Source: Diplonema japonicum
Lineage: Eukaryota; Protista; Euglenozoa: Diplonemea
Assembly: GCA_964019335.1 (NCBI GenBank)
Contig: OZ025684.1
Location: forward strand, 434,001 to 498,000
Direction: 5' to 3'
DNA length: 64,000 nucleotides
The translations under genes and the position numbers were made by a program. Position 1 is the first letter of the stretch. Every line of letters begins with the position of its first letter. Shown piece after piece: positions 1-10,059 of the stretch. Under the pieces are notes generated by a model. It saw nothing but the letters and a program-made list of their open reading frames with translations, ran no database searches and was not told where the DNA came from.

Positions 1-15
1 CTCTGCGTGCGGCAT
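1..15 (-). CDS. First five codons (MPHAE) of a paralog of the CCCH zinc-finger gene; rest lies left of the window
   Basis: 1-15 ctctgcgtgcggcat is identical to 8963-8977, and the upstream T/G-tract flank resembles 8978-9030. Confidence 0.7.
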
Positions 16-672
16 GGTTTTTTTTTTTGGGGGGTTTTTTTTTTTTTTTACTTTTTTTTTTAAACCCTGGGGGGGGGGGGGGGGGTCACATCGATTAATA
101 ATATGCATGTGTGTAATAAAGAACCCCTAATAAAAAAAAAAAAAAAAAGAAAAAGATGGAGGAAGAAGGGAAAGAGGGAGAGAGAGAGAGAAAAAAAAAA
201 GAAAAAGGCAGGATAACAAGGGGGGAAAAAAAAAGAAGAAAAAAAACTCCATAAGATTTCAGTTTGCCCGCTTTATTCAAGAAGAAATTCACGCTAATGT
301 TTTCACCGTTTCTGCAGTTGCTGTCTGGCGCCTGCGGTGGCTGTTTGTCACAAGATGGACGGCATCTGGGGCGAGAAACACAACCTCTGCATTGGAGTCG
401 TGATGGGGTCTCTTAAAAAAAAAAAGAAAAAAATGAGGGTGACAGGGGAGGGGTATATAGATATAGTACCGCAAGAGAATGGAAGGATAAGAGAGCATTT
501 TCTTTTTTTTTTCTTTTTTTTTTTTTGTTAAAGAACATAATGACGGAACAGAAATAGAGTAGGTGAGGTGAAAAGAGGGTGATGAAGAATTTCTTCTTCT
601 TTTTTTTTTTTTTTTTTTTTTTTCTTCTGGGCTTCCTATTTTCTTTATCAACAAGGCGAATTATGCTGTTTC

Positions 673-705
<33 letters not shown>

Positions 706-743
706 AACGCATTTTCAATTAGAGAAAAAAAAAAGAAGGAAAA

Positions 744-854
744 GAGGAACTGGCCGTTGTTTGTGCGTGCCGGGTAAAACCTGGAGAAGTTTGTGAACCC
801 GAAACACGTTGCCAACGTTCCCCTTTTGTTTAGACAAGTCGAAGACTCATTCTT

Positions 855-856
<2 letters not shown>
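744..856 (-). mobile_element. Short interspersed element, family A (~113 bp; other copies 19081-19180, partial 13316-13380, 2031-2110, 7792-7812)
   Basis: All copies share the end ga(g)gaact(g/a)gccgtt next to a plus-strand A-run. The two long copies also share the other end (ttcttgc then A-run). Orientation is inferred from the constant end. Confidence 0.75.
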
Positions 857-897
<41 letters not shown>

Positions 898-1159
898 ACA
901 GTTTTTTCTTCATTCGAATGCAAAAAAAAAACCTGTAGACTTGTCAAGTAAAGGATGTACTTTACAATATTATTTTAATTTTTGTTTATTATTAAAGGGG
1001 GGGGGGGGGGGGGCGAATAATTCCCTCCCAAATAATGTGTTTTTTCCCTAATAATTCTTTTTTTTTTTTTTTCGGGGACTTTTCCGCTCCAAATTTCCCA
1101 AATAATTTCCCGACCCCCTTTCTTTTTTTTTTGCTGGCGATTCAGACCTCCTGCCATTT

Positions 1160-1580
1160 TGGGTTAGGGGGGGCTGTGACATGCCCCAAACAGCCGAGGC
1201 GGGATGTTGGTTGATGACTGCCGTAGGTAGGGCAGGCAATTGAGAAGGTCATGCAACTGCTCAACACCTTTAGCTGTATGCAGTCTCGCGGCTACCTTCC
1301 AGGTAGTTCCGAGGAGACACAGCGGGATCAGCTAAGAGCACTTAGCGAAGTAAGCATTTTGAAGGAGTGGGACAAGGAGCCGGACTTTAGACAGTGCAGC
1401 ACAGAACGTTGTTGCGGGTGTGCCAGCCTCCCAAACCTTTGCAGCTTCTCAAGCCCTGACAGATTCTCAAGCCTCTCAGAGCCCCTGCACCCCAGCAACC
1501 ACCTAATGCCAAAACCAGGTGGTTTGTCTGCAACGTTTGTGGGTTCTCCACAGCCTGGGAGAACAACTGTTTAAAATTTC
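1160..1580 (-). pseudogene. Possible decayed relative of the LINE 3' region at 19526-20711
   Basis: Shares gggttaggggggg with the LINE stop region (19571-19583). Weak peptide likeness: LVLALGGCWGAGAL vs VELAIDFEWTTGKLL. Frames are broken. Confidence 0.25.
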
Positions 1581-1873
1581 CCTTAGGAAAAAAGGGCATG
1601 AAAAAAATCTTGGCATGATGGCATGTTAAAACTTCTGAAGTACTCTAAGCCCCGCTCTCTGCTTTCCATGTAACGTTGGCAGGCCCCCAGCCCAAACAAG
1701 TACAACCCAAATAAGTGTATTCTAAACAATTCTTTTTTTTTGGAGCCCAAACACTCCCCCCTCCACTGCCCAAATAAAGGGATTATTCGGGGGGGGGGGG
1801 GGGCCTTTATTATTATTATTTTTTTTTTTTTTTGCTTTTGCAGTGTTTTCCCACAGTATCAAGTTGAAAAAAA

Positions 1874-1914
1874 TTCAAAGTACAGGACAAGCCCCCCTGC
1901 TAGAGGGCCGCCCT
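1874..1914 (-). mobile_element. 41-bp, extremely 5'-truncated copy of the LINE 3' UTR stem-loop
   Basis: Aligns to 19526-19565 with the stem-loop preserved. Flanked by plus-strand A-runs on both sides. Confidence 0.75.
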
Positions 1915-2230
1915 AAAAAAAAAAAAAGAAATTGCGTGTTGGCCCTGTCTAGACCTGACCAATCACCAAAAATCGCAATAGAGCAAACACTACTTTTCCA
2001 CAAAAAAGAAAAAGAAAAAAGAAAAATAAAGAGAACTAGCCGTTGTGTGTTCGTTTCAAGGGTAATAATCTAGAGAAAGTTTTATAGCCCGTAAACCACG
2101 TTTGACAAGTTAAAAGAGTTGTGTGAAACAAAAAAAAAAAATCATTCCCCTCCCAGTCTCGCTAACGAAGGAAGGAATGACCCCTTATAAGGTTTTTCTT
2201 TTTTTCAAATTTATTTTATAAATATATATA

Positions 2231-2562
2231 CCGGATTTGTACCTTATTTTTGTTCAGTATTAATAATCTACTGGATTTTGGACCCAACTTGGGACTTTTT
2301 ACGGAAAACAATACAAAAAGAATTATTTTTATTACCAAGCCAGGTATGGGGGGGGGGGGGGGGGGGGGTGGTCTGCTTGTCCCGCGACAAAAATGGTGTG
2401 CTCTATGTAATCGCTGAGCGCCCCCCCTCCCCTCGTATTTTTTCAGATTCTTTTGTTGTCTTCTGTATCAAATCTTGGGATTTCTTTTATTTTTGTTTAC
2501 ATTTAAAAGTTTTTTTTGCCCAATTTGGGACTTTTTACATAACAAAATATGTACAAATCCGG
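2231..2562. mobile_element. MITE with terminal inverted repeats and TA flanks (Tc1/mariner-type target)
   Basis: TA|ccggatttgtac..tatttttgtt on the left, aacaaaata.gtacaaatccgg|TA on the right. Internal direct repeat ttgggacttttta. Confidence 0.75.
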
Positions 2563-3362
2563 TAGGTAGAAACCCCACAAAAAAAAGGAGAACAACCTCT
2601 TAACGAAGTGCTTATTACGCAAACAGATCTTTTTTTACGATAATCTTTTTTTTGGGGGGGGGCATAATTAAGAAAAAGTAAATACGATATAGTGTTTCAA
2701 ATTCATAGTAAATTATAAATATAAAGGATATAAAAAGAGTTTCTTTTTTTTTTTGATTGTAAACCTCAGGCCAAAAGAAGGAGAGAGCGGGGAGCCAATA
2801 GTTAAATACAGGCATGCTCATTTTCAGGGACAGACATTTTCATATTTGTCCACCCCCAAACAGGGGCCACGAGTTAATAGGGAAGAACGGATGAGTGAAG
2901 GAACACAAACTTATAAAAAAAAAAAAGGATTCCCTCTAACTTATAGACACAAGTGACTTTCACTGCCTATTGGCAAGAAAAGGGACTCACACAACAGAAA
3001 AAAAAAGAGGGAAAAAAAAAAAGCCTTTTTGTCCAGTAGTTTCCTGAATTATTCAGGCAGCTTTCTGGCTGGCTGCTGTAGACATTCTTCTCACCGGCTC
3101 ACTCACAGAACTGCTTATATTCGAGAAGTTTTAGTCCATAGTAATGAGGTCACTAGAGCAGTGCTATGGGACCTGTGGGAGACAATTTTTTACACCCCTT
3201 CGCCCCTCACAAAATTGCACGACTAAGCAACTCTCTCAAATAACGAAAAGGGTGTAGCAAAAAATAGTTTGGCACTTCGGAATTTTACCTAATAAAAAAA
3301 AAATTAGCTCATTACGCTGCCATCAACTAGTTTTTTTTTAGTCTCAACAATAATATCGTTAA

Positions 3363-5128
3363 CCCATAACACTCCAAGGCGCAAATATTTGTCGTTTTGA
3401 AAAATCGTTTTTTTCTCTAAGTACTTTTTCGTCCCCACGACCCCTGGATCTCCAAGAACGACTATACTGAGGAGTTATTTTCAACTGCAATTCATGTTGC
3501 ACTGCATCACTTTACCTTGTTATCCACCCACCAAGTGAGTCCCAAATCCGAGTGGATAGGCGAAAAAACGCAAAATAACGGGTGTGCAGACTGTGTCCAA
3601 AAAACGCAAAGGTAAAGCCAAAACAGCTACGGACGAGGTCCAACCTTCATGGGTAAGGGAATTGGTACCCATAGAGACCATAAAATAGGCCGGTGGGGGG
3701 GAAAAAAGCTGTCCCGTGGTACGCAGAAACCTGACGACGCAAAATGATTATTCCTTCGGTTTTTTTGATAAGAAGTTCACAGACGTCATCCAAGAAGAGA
3801 CAAACAAGCATAAGGACGCTGAGATTGATAAGATTTCGACCCAGGACTCCACCGCTTTCTCGGATTGAGCATTATAATGGGTTTGCGGCGTGCCCAGAAC
3901 TAGCAAACGTATTGGTCCACAGGACCCATGAAAATCCCCCTTTTCAGTAACACGATGCCCAGGAGACGCTACCAGGAAATTAAAAGTAGCCTCCACTTCA
4001 CTCACACAGAAGAGTCAAACGGTGATGTGTTGTGGAAGACACGAGGGTTTCTGGACAGAATTGGTAACAAGTGGGCAGTGCCAGGAAAATATTTAAGCAT
4101 TGACGAGACACTCGTACCGTCACGGGGCAATTGGGGGGGCTTGGGGTCTACTGTCCTCTCAAGCGTAAGAGATATGGCATAAAAATATACTGCCTAAACT
4201 GCGTGAGCACGGGTTATCTTTCGCGTTTTCACATCCACCAAAATCGAGGGGCACGCACTTGAAGATTTCAGTGTCGTGGAAAAGGTGGTGCTGGGGTTAA
4301 CGGGGAATTTTCGGGGAACGACAACACGGTAGTTTGCAATAACTACTTTTCGACTGTGGGTCTGGCCGAAGCCCTGTGAAAAAACTGTGAGGGGGCTTGC
4401 ATTTCGTTGGAGTGTTGCGGACTCTTCTGGTGGGCCCTAGAAGTGACAATAGTTAACTGCCTTGCACTTTAAATAAAATATGGTTAGGGTTCAGCCAAAG
4501 AGATACAAAACCCTGGCTGCTTTTAAAGAGCGCTTTCGAGAGAGCCTAAATGATGGGTCCAGCGTTGCAAAAACACCACTCCCGGCACCCAACTAGTGGA
4601 GCACACACACCCGACACCCCAGATTACACCAAACGTGACCACCAACCACTCAAAGGGGGCAACTCCAGGTTCTGCAGGTTGAAAGGATGACACAAAACGC
4701 ACAATCTACAAATGCTACACCTGTAACCAACACCTCTGTCCAAATAAGTGCTTTTTTCGTACCACTCTTCCATCACCCCAAAAAGGCTTCTTGACGATTT
4801 CGAGGCCGATATTCCACCCGCAAATAGGCACTTCTCTCGGTCTGAGACATCTGAGGGGTCCTGATGCTTTTTTTGTCCCAAGATGCTCAATTTACACCCC
4901 CCCGTGCACAACCCATTTTGACATGGTCGTTTTTGAGCACCCTACGGCCATTCAACTCTTCATCCCCTTTGTATTTTTATTAATTTCTGAGCTTTTTTTT
5001 AAGTTTTCCTGGTCCAAAAAACCCGTTTTACCTGCAAACGGGGGTTAAATGCTGCCATTTTCCCCGTCAAATTATGAAAAGGAGCAAAAAAGGGGCCCCA
5101 ATGTAGATAGGCCCCGGAGTGTTATGGG
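3363..5128 (+). mobile_element. Decayed piggyBac-like DNA transposon (1766 bp)
   Basis: TTAA at 3359-3362 and 5129-5132; 13-bp perfect TIR cccataacactcc. Frameshifted transposase remnants: FSNTMPRRRYQEIKSSLHF, YLSIDETLVPSRG, KRYGIKIYCLNCVSTGY, NNYFSTVGLAEAL, and C-terminal CYTCNQHLCPNKCFFSYH. Confidence 0.92.
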
Positions 5129-5207
5129 TTAAACAAAAAAAAAAAAAAAAAAAAAAAAAAGAAAACTGAAACTCGAGTTAATTTTTTATTTATTTTTTTT
5201 TTTCTCA

Positions 5208-5245
<38 letters not shown>

Positions 5246-5487
5246 TTGGTAATAATATCATACCTTGCTTCCTTGATTGCAGGCTACTTGTTAGGACCTT
5301 CCTAAAAAGAAAGAAGAAAATGCTAGAGGAGAGGATCCTACAAAATCCTAAAGGTTTTTTGCAAGGTATGTAATAGCTAAAAGATGCCTAAAAGGAGGAA
5401 AACAATGTTGCGGCTAAAAAAAAGAAAAAAAAGAGAAAAAAAAAAAAAAAAAACCAGCAGCTTCTGATCAAACCCGCATGTGTGCTT

Positions 5488-5563
5488 GTTGTTTGTTGAC
5501 ATAGCAGGGATGACCTGTAGAAGGATAAGCATAAGCCCAACAATGCTTACCACTACTCTTTTT
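5488..5563 (+). mobile_element. Short element family ending ...CCACTACTC(T)n (opposite-strand copy 32977-33045; end-only copies 43216-43255, ~61085-61095)
   Basis: The reverse complement of 5488-5563 aligns to 32977-33045. The T-run follows the element end in both orientations. Confidence 0.7.
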
Positions 5564-5881
5564 GGTGGTTGGCAAAAAAAAAAAATAAAAAAAAAAACCT
5601 TCCATTTTTTTTTCTTTTCTCTTTAAAAAAAAAAAAAAAAGTAGCTTGCTCCTAGTTCGGGTTTTTTTCTTTCTTGACCATGGGAAGTGAAGTCTCCCTT
5701 ACAAGGGACTTTTTTTTTTGTTCTCTTTTTTTTTTCTCTTTTTTAAAAAAAGCAATCCTAGAAGGAAAAAAAAAAGAAAAAAAAAAAAAAACCACGCACC
5801 GGAAAGATATTTTTACCAAAAAACCCAAGAACATATTTTTTTTTAATTATTTTTTATTTAATTCTGAGCAGCTCTCTTAAA

Positions 5882-6396
5882 GAATTTAGGCCGGAAGATA
5901 TAAATCAGGTTTCACATTATTTCACCCAGACCTGGGCGTGAAATATAGTATCTGATTTTTTCCTCATGTTTTTAAGCCAAACGTTGCTGGGCGTGAAAAT
6001 CAGGTATGGGAAGAAAACCGAAGGCGACCGGGAAGCGAGCCAAGGGCATCAGCCTCGAGAAAGAGGCCAAAGCTGTGATGGAAGACACGCTTCCAACGGC
6101 AAGCAAAATGGCCTACCCTGCAACACCCCCTCAGCCCTGCCCCTTCGACACAGCCCACTTCTTTAACAGTGCACAGAATCACGTTTGACATAAAAATCAT
6201 CAGTTCATCAATTCGCTGAATTGATCATACCAAACCCAGTACCGTGTTTAGTAAAGAGTCGCATGGTGCCGCTACAAGCAGGCAGCGAAGCCACACTCAG
6301 CACCCAAATTCTTTGCGAGAGCAGAGTTCATGATTAAATAAAATGCAGTATTGAATGAAATTAGGCCATCTGATTTTCATTTAATAAATAGCTATA
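5882..6396 (+). mobile_element. Possible Crypton-like (tyrosine-recombinase DNA transposon) relic
   Basis: Subterminal hairpin tatttcacccag-ac-ctgggcgtgaaata with tgggcgtgaaa repeated. Peptide EAKAVMEDTLPTASKMAY. Right end taaatagctat is shared with the hairpin element at 33281-33373. Family call is from recalled resemblance only. Confidence 0.3.
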
Positions 6397-6422
6397 TATA
6401 TATATATTTTTTTTTTTTATTT

Positions 6423-6545
6423 CCCAGCTGAAAACCGCGGTCCGCCTCCGAAGTTTCTCGGCTTTTGCTTATTTTTCTAGTTATTAATTCTTTATGGTGG
6501 AGTTTTTACTTCATACCGTCAGCGGAGGTTACTTTTGCAGCTGGG
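6423..6545. mobile_element. Small inverted-repeat element (candidate MITE)
   Basis: cccagctg-aaaa...cctccg on the left, cggagg...ttttgcagctggg on the right. Confidence 0.4.
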
Positions 6546-7556
6546 AAAAAAAAAAAAAAAAAAAAAAAAAATCTTCTTTTTTTGCAAACAAAGACTGGGG
6601 TGGGGAAGGGAGTGGAGGGAAAAAAAAAAAAAAAAAAAAAATCATAAAACGTTGGCTGTAGCATTTAGCATTGCATTCTTGGTCTAACTGAGGAAAAGGG
6701 AAAATTCCGGGGCCAAACAAGGTGGGGATGACGGCTTAGAATAGAGAGCCGGAGCTTTGAGAGCCACAGTGTTTCTTAAGAAACCCAGACCAATGTCGCA
6801 TATGCCTGTAAAGAAAAAAAAAGTATAAAAAAAAAAAAAAAAAAAAAAAAAAAGGGAAACAAAAAAAATATTGTCTTTCGGCTAAGAAAGGTTGAAATAG
6901 AAAGAAGAAGAAAAAAGAAAAAAACAGAACCAAAAAAGATAAATAAAAAAATAAATAGAGATGAGAGGTGGGGGGGGAGGGGGGGGAATGCTGTGACAAT
7001 GTGCAGGCTCTATAAATCATGTCCTTCAGCACCCTTAAAACCAACTACTTGTATCTAAGGGAACGGAGGAACATATTTCTGGCAGGTCACACACACGTGA
7101 TTTTTTTTTTCTTTTTTTTCTTTTTTGGGAAAAGAGCGGAAAGCTAACCATTTTCTAATTATTAAAAAAAAAAAAAAAAAAAAAACATTTTCTGCGCCAA
7201 CTCTTAGGATAGCGGGAAGGCCACAGAATAAGAAGCTACCCTCACGCGTTTCATTTTTTTCGCTCTTCCAACAACGCAGAGAAAATTCTTGGGCACAGCT
7301 TTCCTTTCACAAGGAAGGTCCAATGGACCTATGTAGCACGATAGAACATTCACTACAGGCGGACGAAGTGGTGAAGCACCCAACACAACAAAAAAAAAAA
7401 AAAAAAGAAAAATATAAAAAAGATTTTAAGAAATCAGGGATAACTTTTCTTTTTTTCCTCTTTTTTTCTGTCTCCGGGGAAATGAAATACACCATGAAAA
7501 GGGATAAGGGAAACAAAAAAAAAAGGTTGACTACGGTCCAACTAATAAAGAAAGAA

Positions 7557-7593
<37 letters not shown>

Positions 7594-8452
7594 AAAAGGG
7601 AAACCTCCTTTTCTTTTTTTTTTCTTTGCAGACAATAATTTAGCATTTCGAGCAGTTTCACTGTAGAGGCAACACAGCCCAACAGGGGCAAATTGTAAAC
7701 CGCGTTTTTCAAAAATAGAAGACGCATATTCACTGTTTGTGCGTTAAGTGGGTTTAACAGACTTTTTTTTTTTTTTTATACCCAATAAAAAGAGGAACTG
7801 GCCGTTGGGTGTGGCGCGAGAAAATATTTCATAATCCGTAAGTTTAAAAAAAAAATTGCTAGCAATGAACTTATGAAAAAAAAAAAAAAAGGAGGGGTGG
7901 AACCGATAATAAAAAAACGAATACTCTCAAAAAATGGGGGAGGGAAGGAGGGAAGGAGGGAAGAAAAAAAAAATGAAAAAGAAAAAGAAGAAAAAAAAGA
8001 TTTCCTTCTCGTGCTGGAAGGGCATTAATTTTCATCAATTTCCAAAGCTGTCCCTTCGTGAGTAAGTGGCACCCAGAAAAAAAAAAAAGCAGGGATAAAA
8101 AAAAGTGTGATAATCGCTCGCCCGTTCCTTTTTCTTATTTTCTTTTCTAAATTGGTTTTCCTTTTTTTTTCTAATTTTTTTTTTTTTTAAAAAAGCTCAT
8201 TTTTCTCTCATTTTCTCAAAGAAGGAAAAAAATAGGAGGAAAGGATATTAGAGAAAATGGACACAAATCCTCCACATATGCTTCCCTTGCCACCATTCCT
8301 TTTTGGCTGGGAGAAAAGAAATATTAAAAAAAAAATGGGGGGGGGAGGAAGAAAAAAAAAGGGGAAGAAAAAAAGTGAAAATATAAAAGAAAAAGGGCGG
8401 CACATTTTCACTGTTCTACATACAAAAAAAAAAAAAATCGGCAACATCTTTT

Positions 8453-8977
8453 TTAATGTCTGGCTACCTGCACACAAGCTTGCTCAGTACTGTAGGGGTC
8501 AAACCTGTAAACACTGCTTGACGGCGAAGGGGTGTTCCCAGGGGACAAAGGGGGGGAAGACAAAGCTGTGCACGAAGAACCATTGGAAGAGCCCCTTTCA
8601 AAGTCCAGAAGGGAGCTTTCAGACTGGACAGATGGCAACTGCTCTCTTGATGTGGCAGCGATGTTGCTTTCACCGTGGGCCTCAATCCTCTGCTGCAGGT
8701 TCCTCTTCCTGAAGTAGAGGTGCAGCTTCTCACACCTGTCCCCCTGCTGGCAGCTGCCCCTCACCCAGAAGGAGTTGCATCTCAAAGACTTCACCATTTG
8801 CGTGCTGGCCTTTATCTTGTTCTCGCAACCCCTGCACCTTATCGTCATCTGCCCCCTCACCACGCGCACATTGTCGTACCCGTTCACCTTGCACCCACAG
8901 CTCCTGATCAGCGCCTGCTGCGCCGCGCTCTCCCACTCAGCCATGTACGACGATGACGGGATCTCTGCGTGCGGCAT
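8453..8977 (-). CDS. CCCH zinc-finger protein with Ser/Pro-rich tail (174 aa)
   Basis: C-x8-C-x5-C-x3-H motif CNSFWVRGSCQQGDRCEKLH, an upstream CxxC, GC-rich coding composition, ATG after an A-run. Confidence 0.85.
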   Translation of the reverse strand: MPHAEIPSSSYMAEWESAAQQALIRSCGCKVNGYDNVRVVRGQMTIRCRGCENKIKASTQMVKSLRCNSFWVRGSCQQGDRCEKLHLYFRKRNLQQRIEAHGESNIAATSREQLPSVQSESSLLDFERGSSNGSSCTALSSPPLSPGNTPSPSSSVYRFDPYSTEQACVQVARH

Positions 8978-9537
8978 GGTTTTTTTTTTTTTTTTTCTTT
9001 TTTTTGGGGGGTTTTTTTTTTTTTTTTGGCTTTTTTATAAAGTATTGTACACATGAATTGTTATTGCTATAAAAATAAAACAAAATATAAAAAAAAAAGA
9101 AGGGAGTCGAGGCAGCTTTTTTTTTTTTTTTTTTTGTTCAGATTTTTTAACCTTCTGCAGGACTTTCAACTCAAACAAAAAAATCTATGCTAACTCGTTC
9201 CATGTCAACACCCCAGGGTGTTGCTTTACAACGTGATTGTAATGACTAATCATAAATTTAAACAAAAGCAAAAGAGAAAAAAAAAAAGAGGAATTAAAAA
9301 AAAAAAAAGAAAAGAAGCAGAAACTGTGGCTTCACCGGACCTTTAACTAGATGTTCCCAAGGAAATAACAAAAAAAAAAAACAAAAAAACAAAAAACAAA
9401 AACAAATATATGAGTTAAAGGAAGTCTTTGTGAGACGCCCCTTTGTTCTCTTCTTCTACCTGCACCTATCCCCTTTCAGCAGCGGTTTCTCCTCCTTTGG
9501 TGGTCTTGCCGGCCTTCTCCCCAGCCTGGCCGTTTAC

Positions 9538-9585
9538 GACCTGTGGGTTATGGGCCCACCGCGCTGACCACTGCGCCACTCTGCT
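9538..9585 (-). pseudogene. 5' 48 nt of initiator tRNA-Met(CAT), lacking the T-arm and 3' acceptor strand; head of a chimeric element 9410-9585
   Basis: AGCAGAG TG GCGC AGTGGTCA GCGC G GTGGG CCCATAA CCCAC AGGTC. Paired D and anticodon stems, with the AGCAGAG start and GGG/CCC anticodon stem typical of eukaryotic tRNA-iMet. Confidence 0.85.
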
Positions 9586-10059
9586 TCTTTTTTACAACAA
9601 AAGACGAAATCATTTCCTTTTTTTTTCCTCTACCTTTTTTTTTTTCCCCACTCCCTGCGAAAAGGAGAAGAAAAAGGAAAAAAGAAAAATTTTAACGAGA
9701 GCTATTTGTTTTAACCCTTTTTTTTGAAAGCCACCTCTCATAGCCAAAGTAAACTACCATAATACGGCAGTGTACAGGAAGAGAGGGGGGAAAAGGGGGG
9801 TGATGAATCTCAACCACCGGAAGGAAGAGAGTGAAAGTGGAAAGGATAAAAGAAAAGAAGCCCTTGCAGGCTTCTCCAGTTGGTGGGTACTGCTCCCGAA
9901 TTCCTATAAACGTGGGATTGAGAAGTTAACCAACCGTAAGAGGTTTTTACCTGTTGCTTGTTCGCTTGAAAACTTGATGTTCTAATATCTCGGGTTAATT
10001 GCAAACAAATAAAGGAACGGCCCTTTGTCATCAAGAAAAAGAAACACTCTGTCTGATGC

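Noticed and set aside
95-8712. Many poly-Lys/poly-Phe/poly-Gly ORFs here and in other intergenic regions
   Set aside because: Produced by homopolymer runs that lack stop codons.
9318-9332. Second SL remnant (cagaaactgtggctt)
   Set aside because: 14 of 15 matches but flanks do not extend the alignment; chance cannot be excluded.
9538-9585. Functional tRNA-iMet gene
   Set aside because: No T-arm/B box and no properly spaced 3' acceptor strand. The downstream gaaaccgctgct gives only a partial match.
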